Source: Podarcis filfolensis (taxonomy: Eukaryota). Taken from it: 64,000 nucleotides of DNA. Both the position numbers and the translations under genes were made by a program. The stretch is taken from the NCBI GenBank assembly GCA_964270895.1, contig OZ185437.1, one strand, 5' to 3'. Positions 24,401 to 38,900 of the stretch are shown here, piece by piece. Within the stretch, counting starts at the first letter, position 1; the number at the start of each line of letters is the position of its first letter. Under the pieces are notes generated by a model. The model was not told where the DNA came from and made no database searches. It saw only the letters and a list, made by a program, of their open reading frames with translations.

Positions 24401-27400
24401 ACGTGATGTCAACCTTCATTTTATATCTAGAGAGTACGTAAGGAGTTCACATCATCTATCCTTATACTTAAAAAAGTATAGCTGTCTTAGTGGTTTTACC
24501 ATCCCTTTGAAAGTTATCTGCTGAGTTACCTCTTCCTCCTCCAGCCTTTTGAGAGAGTCACCAGCAAACTTTATATACTGAGTCATCAAGGTCACCAAAG
24601 CTGTGTAGCGTGTTCGTAAGTCCATAAACTGTAATGAAACAGAGGAACGGTACTGATTAATGCTGAAATGGAGTGTCTTAAATTTATTTACTTTTATATA
24701 GAACAAATAAGGTTACAAGATGATTTCTGAAATAAAAATGAACTGCGTCTTTCTAAATCATAATATACAAAACACATTAGAAATATTACCCTGAGTCCAA
24801 CAGATTCTTAGAAGAATCAGTGTAACAAACAGAGTGTTGAGAGGAGTTGACTTCTGTCTGCTTTGGGGGTAGCAGGTGTGGAGGTGCTCTTAAGAATGAA
24901 AGATGAAGGACCAAATTCATCATGGGATTAACCTCCTAACCCCTCACGCCTTAAATCATTTATTTTATGAATTATTGAATGCAATGAATCCCAACACATT
25001 TTTCTGTATGAAGCAGAGGCATCATTCAATATGTTATATTAGAAAAGGATGCTTCAGGGTCCCGAAAAGACATGAGGGTTACAGACATATACAGGAACAT
25101 AATCTTTCATAAATCATTCTGTAACTCTTTGTATTCCGGCTATCATTCACAGAGTCTGTGATTATATTCAGTCTCGATTGCACTTAATCTCTATCTTGCT
25201 GATGGGTGAGCTTGCAAACTCTGGAACAAAGAAATGTCTCTTCGCAGGCTCATTTCAATCACAGCCAGGGATAGGTTCCAAACGTCAGTTTGTTGTACTT
25301 TTACCCTATGGTCACCAGTATCCACATTTTAATCTAAGTTCTTTAGATCCTTTAACTCTAAAGAACTCCCTACCTACACTGAACTTCTAAATTGCAGTGA
25401 TTTTGGGGTTTTCGTTTACAAATCCTCATTAACTCTTTTGGACACATTAATCTACCTTATACCAAATCAGACCAACTGTTCCATCCAGTTTGGTACTATC
25501 TATGCTGATGTGTAAAAGCTCTCCAAGGTATCATCCACCAGATGTTCCTTGTCATGCAACCTGTGATTCCTCTTGCTAGAGATGCCAGTAGTTGAACCGC
25601 GAACCTTCTTCATGCAAATCATGTACTCTACCTCTGAGCAACCACCTCTCTTCTGAATCACGGGCACTGGCCACAGTCCACTGTACATTTGCACATTACA
25701 CTGAAGCTGATGATATGGAAAGTGGTGAAACTGTACCCTGGAATAATGTGGTAAACTAATCTATGTAACCCTGGCAACGTCAGATGACTAATGTTTGCCA
25801 CATTGGGCTCTCTGACTGGATATAGTAGCTGTAGCCAGACTAGCTGCACCCAAAATGAAGCAGCAGGGTGTAACATGATCAATTACTAGCTTTGTATATT
25901 TAGATTGAAAGTATTTCATGAATGTAGCTCAAAAGCTTTCACAATGCAGAAGTGGAATGTGGGCCATTATAAAGCATTATACATTAAGGCACATCCAACT
26001 ACCTCTTGGATAATGAAATCAGAGGAGCTCTGCATTCTTCGGCGTTTCACTGGAGATTTTTGCTGGGAGTCAACCATGGCTCTGTATGTCATCGTTTGCA
26101 ACTCGTAGTCCTGCAGAAAATAAATGGAAATAGGTAAACCTGTAAGCTACTTGTTCCATACTAGGAGTCTCTCAAGTGCTGCATAAATTCATCTGAGTAC
26201 TAAAGACTATGGGTGATATCCAATGGTGACTGGTCTGCTGACAGAAGGGAATCTGTCAGGAAAACTGGGAAGGAGGCAATTTTAGGCAATCCCCCAATAG
26301 CATACGATCTGGACAGTTCTAGATCCCCCTCTAGTTTTGGACAGTTGGAAGGTGGGGAAAACCTTCCAGAACAGATTTTGAGGGGGAGGGGATGCAAGGT
26401 ATCGGGAGGGAAGATTACCTCCTGTCAGCTGACAGTCACCAGAAGATACCCTGGATATCCTGTGACATTAGGGCAGTGAAGCTGGAGTGTAAAAGAAGAC
26501 AATGCAGCTGCTATGGAACTCACATTACAACTGGACTGGGAAACAGCAACTTCCCTCAGCTCAACTGGCAGGTTTCATTGATGGTTTTCCATACAAAACC
26601 TGTCACTCTGGAAACAGAGGTAGAGATAGGAAGAATGCCTGCACACAGCTGAACAGGACTACAGGAGATTTCTCTTGGCTTTTCTCTGTTGCTTTGGTGA
26701 CAGGTAAAGCTGCCACTCAAGTGGGTAGGTTGGATTGTCTGATTACAGACTACACCTTGCAGCACAGGAGAGGATGGATGGTGGGGTGGCACTGTTCACC
26801 TGACCTCTGGTCCGTGGTGCTGCTGCAGTTTAAGATAAAAAAGGTAAAGGACCCCAGGATGGCTAAGTCCAGTCAAAGGCAACTATGGGGTGCAGCATTC
26901 ATCTCACTTTCAGGCCGAGGGAGCTGGTGTGTGTCCAGAGACAGCTTTTCCAGGTCATGTGGCTGGCATGACTAAACTGCTTCTGGCGCAATGGAACACT
27001 GTGATGGAAACTAGAGTGCACAGAAATGCCTTTTACCTTCCCACCGCAGAGGTACATATTTATCTACTTGCACTGGCATGCTTTCGAACTGCTAGGTTGG
27101 CAGGAGCTGGAACAGAGCAATGGGAGCCCACCCCGTCACAGGGATTTGAACCGCCGACCTTCTGATCGGCAAGCCTAAGAGGCTCAGTGGTTTAGACCAC
27201 AACGCCACTACAAGGTAGAGGGGCAAGGTGAGGTGAGGTGGCAGCAAGGTCAGCATTTTGCAAATGCACTGGAAGGAGCACCGGATTCCCTATGCTAGAG
27301 GTCAGCTGAGAGCCGCCACCCTAGCCCACTACTGCTGCCAGCGCCCACTGACACAATGCAGCCTAACAATGTGGATTGGAGCAGCAGCTGTGGCAGTAAC

Positions 27401-29285
27401 AGCAACATGTGAAGCAATGTGTAAAGTGTATCTCTCAGAAGACACGGCAGCTTCCACATTTCCATACCCAGACTTCCAGGTGCAGGAACAGCAGCATCAC
27501 TGTCGTCATTCTGGATGCTGAGCAATGCTCACATTTCCACAAAGAATTAAAAAAGAATAATGACTGTGCACAGAAGTTATAGTTTTACCTTTACTGCAGC
27601 TGAATACTGCTCTGAGTGCTTCTGGCATTCATCTAGCTTGTTTTGTTTCGTCTCTATTTCCGACACTAGCATCTGTAAAATAAACAAGAGAATTTTAGTA
27701 TGTAACAGTATCAACCTATGCAACTTTCCCCATCCTAAAGGCTGGTGTTCTACTTGTTTTTTAAAACATACTAGACTGAAAACGTGAAAGTTGTGTTTAT
27801 GTATAAAAACTTAGCATGAAAGGCTGTTTCCCTGTGGTCTGCTTTATAAATTACCTTTGGCTCTACAAGAAAAATGGAAGGGGGGGGACATTGCCCCTCA
27901 ACCAACATATGCAGAAACATACTAGATTATTAATAATGTAAGATACAGAGGTATATCCAGTACACTGCTTAAAAGGGGAAATTTCTTATTAGCTGAACTG
28001 AAACTGGCTGTCTTTAGCTTAGTCATTAATTCTTTACATCTAAGCCCTAGAAAAAAACCTGCATGTTGTAAGTGGATATTTTTTATCAGCTCACTACAGA
28101 AAGGTGGCATATAAACAAATTAAATCAATCGATCAAGCTTTTACCTTTTGCTGGTTTAGCTGTTTGGCCAGAGCTTTACTGTTCTGAGGTGGGTTTTCCT
28201 GGAATCTCTGCTGAGTTTCTTCGACTTGCTTGATCCAGTTATCCAGTGCACCATATGTATCCCTGTAGTACTTTAGGGATTTATTGATAGCTTCTAAGTC
28301 ACGCAACCTGGTTGAGTGAAAAGCAAGCTGTTTCAGTGAGGAAGAACAAACTAGTAGCAATGACAATAAAGAACTAACCATCATCACCACCAGCAACCTT
28401 ACAATAACCTTGTATGGGCAAGTCAGTATTATTATTCCCCGCATAATAAAGATCTTTGGGGTGGGTGCTAAGTCTGAAACAGAACAGAGATTGCCTAAGG
28501 CTACACAGTAAGTTCAGGGCAAAGGTGAAATTAGAAATTCCTGGTTTGTAGCTCAGCGCTAGGCTACACCACTTCATAAACAGCTGGCTGTCAGAAGCCA
28601 TCATTCGGCTAGAATTCCTTTTCTCAGGATTTCTACTGCAAACCTTCAGAAAAGGCTTTGCCAATTTCATAAAAAAAACTCTCTGAGTTCTTTTTAATTT
28701 CCATGCCTTTTTTGAGGAGCTCACAGTTATCAAGAAATGTATTAGTTCTGAGGAATACATGCCAAAGAACATACATTCCTGGGTTCATAAAGCTCCAGGC
28801 AACCTTCTATCTCTCTATCAAACATCCCTTCATCTTTATAGGAAGCCAGATGTCTCTCCCTGTGTTCCTTATTTCAAAGGGCTTTGTCTCTCTCTGTCTC
28901 TATCTACAAGTTCCTCATTTCAAATGCCAGGCACTGAAAAATAAGTGAATCCCCTGCCACGATAACCTCCAGATTCAGACAAGGATGCTTACATGTACCA
29001 GTGTATTTTAGACATAAAAAGCTACTCAGGGTGACCACTAGAGGGAAGTTATGTAGAATTCAGCAGAAGCTTAAAAAACAAAAGGAAAAACGGAGCAGTC
29101 ACGTTCCATGTCCTGCAACAATATTCCTCAGTTGCAAAACTTCAGGATTAGAATGTGGAGAAAAGACTCACTTTAGAATAAATTCCCAGTTCTTCATATG
29201 CTGAATAAATCCATGGTTGTTAGGGAAAAACAGGTACCTAGTCTATTACAAAAGTCTTTATAGAAAAGGGCCTTGCAATCTACAG

Positions 29286-29332
<47 letters not shown>

Positions 29333-29891
29333 TTTTCCTGCAGTTTTCAAGCTTGAGGCAGAAAGAGAAGAAGGAAAGCGAAACATTATGTGGTAATTAC
29401 GATAACTGCAATCCTAAAAACTGACCTGTGGTGCTGGAGGGGGTTAAGATTGAAGGGATTCCCCTGTCCACTGTTGTCTACCACTTGGGACACCCCCACA
29501 GAAAGCTGAAACTATGGAAACTGAGGCAGTGGAAATACTGTTGCCATCAGTGCTCCCAACAGCAGTACCCAGTTAAGGCACTGAAACAGAGCATTTTGAG
29601 AGCTGGGGCCATGGACCTGCTCAGTCCTACCTCAGTCCATTTCCCCAGCCTGGGCCAGCCTGATACTGGTGCAACAGGAAGAATAAAAAAAAGCAAAACC
29701 ACACACTCCTTCACCAACCTTCTGGCTTGGCCTGGGCTGGCTGAGGCTGTGGGGTAGTAGAACCCACATCTCCATACCTCTCTATGGCCCCTCTTGTTCT
29801 GTGAGTAGCAATTAGTAAATAATTTGGGCAATAGTTAAAATGGCTAAGTTTTATACAGCTGAAGAAAAATTATACTGATAACTAGCCAGGG

Positions 29892-29951
<60 letters not shown>

Positions 29952-32900
29952 AACAGGAGGGTGAACATTTGTAGGGAACAGTCTGTTTACAGTTACAAGC
30001 GGCAGTCGACACAAAATCTGTTACCTCTTGCGCTCAGAGTGCCTAAGTGTTGATGGTGAACTGCCAGCACAGTCAATTAAGCTGTCCGAGATACGCAGCA
30101 TTTGCTTCATGTTTATCTCACAAGCACGCAGGAGCATTCTCATTTGCCATAAATAAGGGTACCTTAAACTGTCAGGACAGAAGACTACCCACACAGTGCT
30201 TCTAAGACAGGCATGCTTTCCTGAAGATAGCAAGGATTGAACCAAGGGAATCACAGACGTGCAGTATGTATCTTGCAGAAGCCACAGTGCGGAAGTTGCT
30301 TCCCTGTGGCTTCTTTCCACATCGCAGCAGTAACATGTGCCTGGCAGGGCCACTGAGGGGTCCGCACAGAGGTGACAGCCATGGGCCTAGTTGGCCCTGC
30401 AGCCTCTTGCCCACCAGGCAAAGCTCTCCATCTCCTTCGCTCTTAGAAAAGCAGGGAGGTGGAGGCAAAGAATCCCAATGCCAATACTAAAAAAGCAGCA
30501 AAAGAAAGGAAAAAAATCAAGCGGGGGGGGGAGGGGAGAGACTGTTGCTACTAACAGCAGCTGCAAAACAACAAAAAGTAAGCCTTAGGAGGAGATGCAG
30601 AGAAATGTATTTACTGAGGGTTTTTTTCATATGCAATGTGTAAGTTTACTGTCAATGCACTGGTAGCAGTTGGATGGATTTGTACAATGGTGGAATTCAG
30701 TGTAAAACAGGAACACTTCCACATGCTTGGTGAATCAGCAGCTGGTTTCTCCACATATTAAATGGCGACTCTCCACAGGGAGACTGAAGAGGAGCCACGG
30801 CCACTACTGGGCCAGGCGGGGGGTGAAGGCAACAAGGAGCCCAAACAGTAAGATTTGTCCGGCTCCACACACTTCCCTAGGGACGGCCTTGCGTGTGCAT
30901 GAAGGAACCATATTCACTGCTCAGTGTTCCTTCATATATATGTTATGGGAGCTGTTTTGGAAGAAGTCTCAAGAAAGCAGCACCTGCCCTCCTGTCAAAA
31001 TGGGCATGACCAAACCAGAGAAGTTTTATCTTCTTTATTTCTTTCTCTCCTCAGTTATGCTATACATGATGGTTGAGACTTCCTGAAGGAAATTACCTGA
31101 AAACACCTAAAATTAACAGACACTCTGCCAAAACTCCAAGACCAGCATAAGGTAACCCCACACGCACCAAAAGAAAGGTTTCACTCTGAAGTTTCTGAAA
31201 AGAAAGTAGGAGTACTAACCTGTTCTCAATCTGAGAATGAACATTCTGCCATCTCTCAGTCAGCTGATCTGCTTTCTCTTTGTGCCAGTCAAAGTCGAGA
31301 TCACGTTCCTTGTGTGTTTTAAACATCTGATCACTAATTGCTTTAGCTTTCTGGAGTTCGTCTTCTAGAGCATGGAATACTTCTCTTTTTACATCAACCT
31401 CTGATCTCCATTGCTGGTACACAAAACATGTGACATCTCAATACAGATCCTAATGCTGCTGTTTCAAATCAATATGCATTACTATCATTACTAACTAATG
31501 CATCATATTACTAATTAGTAATAGGGTATCCATGCAGGAAACAAACAAAGCACCCAAATTTTCAGTGAAATGCTATAAAAAATGGTTTTGTATTTGTACC
31601 GTTACTGCTTCTGTAACTATAATGAAGAGGAATACTTTGCTAATTATAGGCATACCTAAGTTTATCCCTCATGTGGCTAATCTTCCCTGGTCTTCCACTT
31701 CTAAGCAGTTAAGGAAAATTAGCTGCATAAGAAGGAAGGGAAAAGGCTGCATTCTTTCCTCGTATAATTTGGCTGTGTTTTTCTTTTCTGAAGAACCATA
31801 TGGGAAGGAAAGGGACCAGTGACTGTTTCAGGATCCTCCATCTTTTGTTGCCTATAACATGGATGGAAAACCTCCAAATGTTGTTGGACTACAACACCCA
31901 TCATCCTTGACTATTGGCCATGCTGGCTGAGGCTGATGAGAGTTAGAGTCCAGCAACATCTGGAGGAGGACAGGTTCCTAATCCCTGCCCTATAGGGATG
32001 AGAGGAAAACCTCAGGATTCTAAACCAGAAGTCTTCTTTTCACAAGATGGTGTAATATACAGCTCAGCTCTTAGCTAAGTGTTACTGGGAAATGACATAA
32101 TAATCAACATACATTCCTAATTCTCAATATTTGACCAGTCAACTGGCCACATCTCAATGCCACTCATGTTACTTCATTTTCATTCTTCTAAAGGCCAAAC
32201 AGAAGGCAGGTGATTCAAGACAGATAAAATAAAGTACTTCTTCTAAAGTACTACTTTGTTAAACTATCAAATTTGCTCCCACAGGAAGCAATGAGGGCCA
32301 CCAACTTGGATACAGGAAGTTTAGACAAATTCATGGAAGAGAAGCCTATTGATGGCTATGCTCTGTCTCCAAGGTCAGAGACAGTAATGCTTCTGAATAC
32401 CAGTTTCTGAAAACCATAGGATATATATATTACTTAAAAGCACACCTATTTCTCATTATTATTTTTCTGTACATCATAAGAATACCTTCAACGTAGCCAT
32501 AAGGTTCTCAATATTGCTCTTGTCGGCAGTTAATGGTTCTTCCTCACATAGTTTAGTCTCATAGAGTTTTACCAGTGCTTCAGCTCCTTGAGTGTTTTTC
32601 AGCACCAAATTTATAGTTTTTAACCTGAAACAAAAGGGATCATTTGTCATTCATAATTTCCAAATAGTTCTAAAGTTTTAAAACTTGTTTTAGTATATGA
32701 AGACTATACGACTAAGATCATTCTTCTATTTGTTTGTTTGTGCAAATTTATTTCTGGCCTTTCAACTTTATAAACACTTTCAAGGTGGCCATATGAAATT
32801 CTGTATCTATTATTCAATTCAACAAAATATTCAAAACTGTGAATATACTTAGCTTCCCCTCCAAGCACATGCTACATCATCCTATCAAATGATGATGATG

Positions 32901-35900
32901 ATGAAAAAGTGTTACAAAATGTGAATGACTTGATGGCTTACTTACTTTTCTATGTAAATGGAAGACATGGAGTAAACCTGATTCATATTTTGAATTACAA
33001 GGTTAAGCTCCGACCGCAGAGTAGGAACTGAGGGCGAACCAGCAGCTTGACTGAAAAAATCATCGCATTTGTCTGTGATTGTTTCCAAGTCCTCCTTGAG
33101 TCGATCCAGATCCTTCTTCAATTTCTACAGAACCAAAGATGAAATGTTTTACCCCCCTATAGCAAGGAGCAGTTCTCAATCATTATAAGCATCCTTAGGT
33201 CAAGAGACACTAATACTATAGAAGATAATATGAGCAAAGGGTTATAGGACCCTTTGGAGCAGCATGACAGGCTACAGGGGAAAGAGGAAATCACAAAAAA
33301 CTGCCCTGCCTTTGTACCCCTGTGGGGAACCTCCACTGAATCTCAGTTCCTTCTGAACATAGCTGTCAACGTTTCCCGTTTTTCAAGGGAAATTCCCTTA
33401 TTCCAAATAGGATTCCTTACAAGAAAAGGGAAAAGTTGACAGTTATGCTTCTGAAATTGAAATGAGCCCTTCCATTTTTCTAAATTACTTTTTATTGGGG
33501 TTTTTGTGTTACAAAGCAAACAGATAAACAGTGAACGGTGCATCTATTGTCTCCACTTTCAATTCTTTGTCTTTTTCACAGTTCATTTACGTTTGGTGAG
33601 AGACATTTTTGTCATAGACATCTTGCTGCTGGTGGAAATGGGAGGTGGGGAGAGAGATGGGGATATCATTCTTTCATTCTATTGCCTATTCTTAGTGTAG
33701 GGTGGTTGTGTCCTTCAATTGTTTGTTTGCCCTTCCATTTGTTGAGAACTAACTAGGGTTCAAGCCAGTAAAAGCAAAACTAGTTAATCCAAGCTAGAAC
33801 TCAAAAGTCGTAACCACTGCCACACAAAAACCAAAAGACTTATTTGATAAGATCCTTGCTCACTTTTATCTTCAAAGAACCAGTAAAGCTCACCTGCTCA
33901 GTCTGGGAATTCCAAAATGAAGGCATTTGTAAACAGACTGCCCCAAAACCAACTGGTGGCTCAAATGTTTACTTCACTTTAATTAGCTCTACAAGTGCAC
34001 ATTACTCGTTTTAATTTGTAGATGCAGCCATGCAAATAATTGTAGCGGTCCCTTCTGAATAAGCTCTTTATGAGCTCATCATTACACGACTGTTACATTT
34101 CCTGAGCTTTGGAGAGCCCACAGAGCAGCTCAGAAGACTCACCTCTTGTTCAGAGATCCGAAATACACTTTCATGTAAGTCATCTCTCTCCAGTGGGGTT
34201 CGAATCTGCCTAATCAAACGATCTTCACAATTCTCCAAACGAAGTCTCATGTTTCGAACTTCTGAGATGTATAGGTTGTAAATGGATTCTTCATGCTCCT
34301 CTGTTGGAAGGAAATGGAAGAATGCAAGTAAAACCAAGTATATTTAATATTCTTCTGCCACCACACAACAGATATTCTAAAGTCACAGTGCTATAACCTT
34401 TTCTGCAGTGTCTCTGCTTCATCTAAAGGAAATGTGCAATTAACTTTAATGGGAAGTGGTCCAGAAGAGAAAGGGATATGCTAACAATGTAGGGAGAAGA
34501 GGAAGCATGTCTTCAAATTCTTGTTTCCATGGTTCTCCATCTCTCTTTTTTTAAAAGCTAATATGTTTGCTACAACTATTAAAATATGCAGAAACTGAAA
34601 CTTACACTCCACTTATACTGAGACCTGCAGGTGTAGGTTAGTATATAAATTCAATAAATAAATAAATAATATAAAAACCACCTTTCCATAAAATAATATA
34701 AATTTTATACAGGCAGAATATTGCCCACTCTGTGGAGTTTCACCATTCAAATTGGTCAAAAGCCAGTAAAGAATGTTCTTTACCACACAAAAAGATCTAT
34801 TTTAGTAACAAGTTTGAATGCATTTGAAAATTTTCAGATTGCTGTTAATTTAGACCCACAATTTCCCCAGCCAATCATATTTCAAAGGTACCTCTGTACA
34901 TTTGAAATAACAAGCATAAACAAATCTAGCAACCCCCCCCCCCCATTTCAAATAGATTTTCTCCCCAAGGGGAGATGTGGAAGTTCACAAATTGGGGTCA
35001 CCTTGAGCATCTTCTCAAGTGGAGAAATGCAAACATCGTAACAGCAGGACACAAAATCAACTTCTTGCTTGCCATGTATCATCATCATCATGTCTTAATA
35101 TGGGCATCCCCCCAAAAACTAATATGCACATCACTTTAGTCATAGGTATTATCATCCCATTTGTGTATGCACAGTGATTAATTGGATTGTTTATGGTTCG
35201 TCCAGAGATGATTTCATAATAAGATGGTATTAAATCTATAGAAATGAGTCCCTTATCATTTTCTCCAGATACACAGTCGAGCACAGTATATCTCTGCTCC
35301 GTACTTATATATTTACTTTAATCAGCTTTCATCTGTTATTGCATCCCTTTCTATATCAGCATCAGCCTGAATGCATAATATAATACATCTATTCAGCTTT
35401 ATGGAAGCATTTAAAGCTCAGTGATATCATATATTTTCAAAAGGCAGATGGAATATTTACAACAGCAAGGAAGAACTTCAAAGACTTTTTTTAAACAGAT
35501 ACTCTTACTGCTTTTCCAAAGGATATAGGGTGCATTTATGGCATACTTGCAGATTTATTTATTTTTTAAGGAGAGTAAGTAAACAAATGTAAGTGATGTG
35601 GTATGATACTCCTGGTATTTTATTTTGAGAGGGAAAATATGTTCCTTGTACATTTGTGTGTAACAGTAACAGATGTTCTTCCTCTTATTGTGCAACCTGC
35701 CAAAATAATTGTTCTATTTACTCACACAAATTATTACCAGCTCATTTTAGGAACCCAATTGAGATCTCAGATTGTGTGCCAGTAAAATGCATATTACATT
35801 TTCAGCAATTATGCAGGGGCACAAGTTCTTTTATCTGCAATATAACATTTCAATATCTGAATCAGTTCTGTGTGTTATGAACAACAAAACAAACAGAAGG

Positions 35901-38900
35901 GGAGTCATGGGGAGATCAGCTCTTCTTTTTCCTTCCCGTTTCCTAAGTGATTTTCTTAGGAGCATCTGTGTTAATGACAGCTCAGTGATTTCAAACAGAC
36001 ACAAAACAAGTATAGAGAGTTACAGTCAGCTGACCTATACCATGTGGGACGCGGGTCACAGAAATCGCACTTCCTCTTCTGCTATTTGAAAAGCAACATC
36101 TTAATGTCTGAACTGGCTCTGAGTGCTCACTGTTAGACCTATGTAATTGCTTACGTGCTGTGGGTTAAACCACAGAGCCTAGGACTTGCCGATCAGAAGG
36201 TCGGCGGTTCGAATCCCCGCGACGGGGTGAGCTCTCATTGCTCGGTCCCTGCTCCTGCCAACCTAGCAGTTCGAAAGCACGCCAAAGTGCAAGTAGATAA
36301 ATAGGTACCGCTCCGGCGGGAAGGTAAACGGTGTTTCCGTGCGCTGCTCTGGTTTGCAAGAAGTGGCTTAGTCATGCCGCTGTATGCCGGCTCCCTCGGC
36401 CAATAAAGCGAGATGAGCACCGCAACCCCAGAGTCAGTCATGACTGGACCTAATGGTCAGGGGTCCCTTTACCTTTTTACTACATATTCATGCCGAAAGC
36501 ATACATGCCAAAGTGTGTGTCTGTTTTGACAACACTGCAGCAGCAACTGTAGAAAAAATAACAAATACTCATGCAAGCTGCTCATTTTTTCCATTTGACA
36601 CTGTAAAAAAGAATGGGCCTTTGGACTTTCCCAACTCACGCCTTCCACTGGTATCTATTTCCCTCTCTGCTTCTGAAATGAGCACCGCTGTGAAAGAGCC
36701 ACAGCAGTATAGTTCACATATGTAACATTGAAAGGGTAGTCAATACCATAAGCATCTTGTATGGGAGACTTCTGCACAGTTGATGTGCTATATTTACCTC
36801 TCTCTGCAGACTTAAGGAGCTCTTGGTAGTACTGCTTGCACACATTCACCTCCCTTTCCAGCTGAGCAATGTCAGCAACTGAAAAGGCTTTGGACTCCTG
36901 GCTGTCTTCAAGGAAGTCATCAAAGCGGGACTGCAAGTTGCTTAAAACCTGCTGGTGTTCACCTGGCAAGAGTGTCTTTATCTAGGAAACATTAAAAATC
37001 AGGAGGGGTAATTAAAGTCTTTCTAATGTTGGGTGCCATTTTATAAACCACATACTGTTCTGTCAGTTTCTTAAGGCAGTATCTTAATGTTCCAAAAAGG
37101 TAATACACATGTTACTCTGTGAGGGCAGCACATTGGAAGATGTCTGTAGAGGAATTGCTCTTTAGTAACCAGAAGAAAAGTCAATTGCGATGACTCATTT
37201 CAATGAAATGCATACAGCAACTTTCAAATACATACAAGTTAAAAACCCACATAAATGTCCTGGACACTCCAATGAGACCAGACAACATGTGCTGGGTGTT
37301 TACAGAAATTGACATATGCACATTTTAAGCGCTTAGTATAAGAAACACCAATACAACACTGACATACCTTCAGCAATGATGCCTACTATGGAAAACATGG
37401 AGCTTCCCACAATCTTAGCCTAGCCTGATATAAAGGGAGGTTGTAGCTTCTGGATGCAAGCAGCAAACTGTTGTTGCACAGATATAATACAGGAATACGG
37501 CACATTACAGAACCAAATATTCGGGAACTGTGTGTGGCTTCACTCAGCTTTAGCCACTATAGATAACTGCTTCCGAATCATGGAATATTAGGCTAGGTAT
37601 GTTTTGTTATGAGTGCTGGAACAGGCACAGAACTTACCGAGGCAACATTACTGGCTCGAACAGTTTCAATTTCATTTGTCAAATAGTGCCAGGAGACCAC
37701 GCTCTTCATGTTTACATGTGATTCATGCCACAGGGCCAGGACATTCTGATATTGCTGTTCAATTCTGAAATGCACAAAGAGGGGGTGGGGAATGACAGAG
37801 TCTAAATTAATGATTTGTCAAGTGGCAGTCAAAAGGGTACATGTTATAAATTTCCTGTACGCTGTGCATAGAAAAGCTCCTGGAAGGCAAATAAGATCAA
37901 TAAGGATTTCCATGTTGTGTGCACGCTATGCCAGCGCTTACCTGTTTGCAGTGTCTATTGCTTCTTTGTTGGGTGGAGGAACAGTAAAACAGACGGAGGG
38001 AACCATGGCCTCATTACCGCTTGGACTAATCACTTTCCATTTTGCCCGATGGGAGTTGCTTGCCAGTACACATTCATCATCTCTGTAAATGGTTATCTGG
38101 TTTTCAACAGAAAGATCAGAAAATCTGAATCAGCGTAATATTCTTATATTGTTCTTACAGCACACTCCCTTGAACATGTGCCACTAGGAAAGTGACAGGG
38201 GAGCAAAATTGGGGGGTGGGCAGGACCCAACAACTTAAGCCCCAATTGGGAAGGCAGGGACTTGTTTCATTTGATAGGGAAGAGAATTCCAAGAACATGC
38301 CATTAACTGTCTTCATTAACTGCCCATAATTGATTTGAAGAAATCTAAGGTTCCAACCTCAATTTGTCTGTAGTCACAGATGGCTTTGATTGGGATGGAT
38401 GTTTTCAGTGGATTATCTGGATTCCTCGGCTTCAGCTGAACTATTGTCTTTGCTCTCCCCACAAGGCCAGCCACTGTGTTCTTGTACTGCAGGAGCTGTT
38501 CTTTCTCTTCCTAAAAGCCAATTTATAAAGAAAACAAGAGGAGGGGAAACATTAGAAGCAGCTGCAAATTAAATGTGTTCTTCTTTGAAACTTAAAATAT
38601 ATTTTCTGCTGTTTGTGGTATCTTACAAACATTGTTCACATAAACCAGAATGGTATCTATGGTGCTATTAGTACTCTCTAACCACCACTGTTTATTAGGT
38701 CAACAGCCCTAGACGGCGATGGTCCATTTGTGTAATTCACCACGAAATAGTTGGGGGCAGCCATTTATGTCCCATTTTCAATAGTAAGGGCTATGAGGGG
38801 CAGAGCTTAATTCCTGTGCACTGCTTACCAATCACATTGAGAAACAGTGGTAAAAATTCATGTCCCTGACCTAAGATTCTGTTTGTGAAGAGGATTACAT

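Noticed and set aside
25575-25648. tRNA-like sequences (also the SINE heads at 36160, 45500 and 63650)
   Set aside because: Degenerate stems continuing into SINE bodies; not tRNA genes.
25500-25694. Sense-strand 64-aa ORF in a plakin intron
   Set aside because: It overlaps a tRNA-Ala-derived SINE; repeat-derived.
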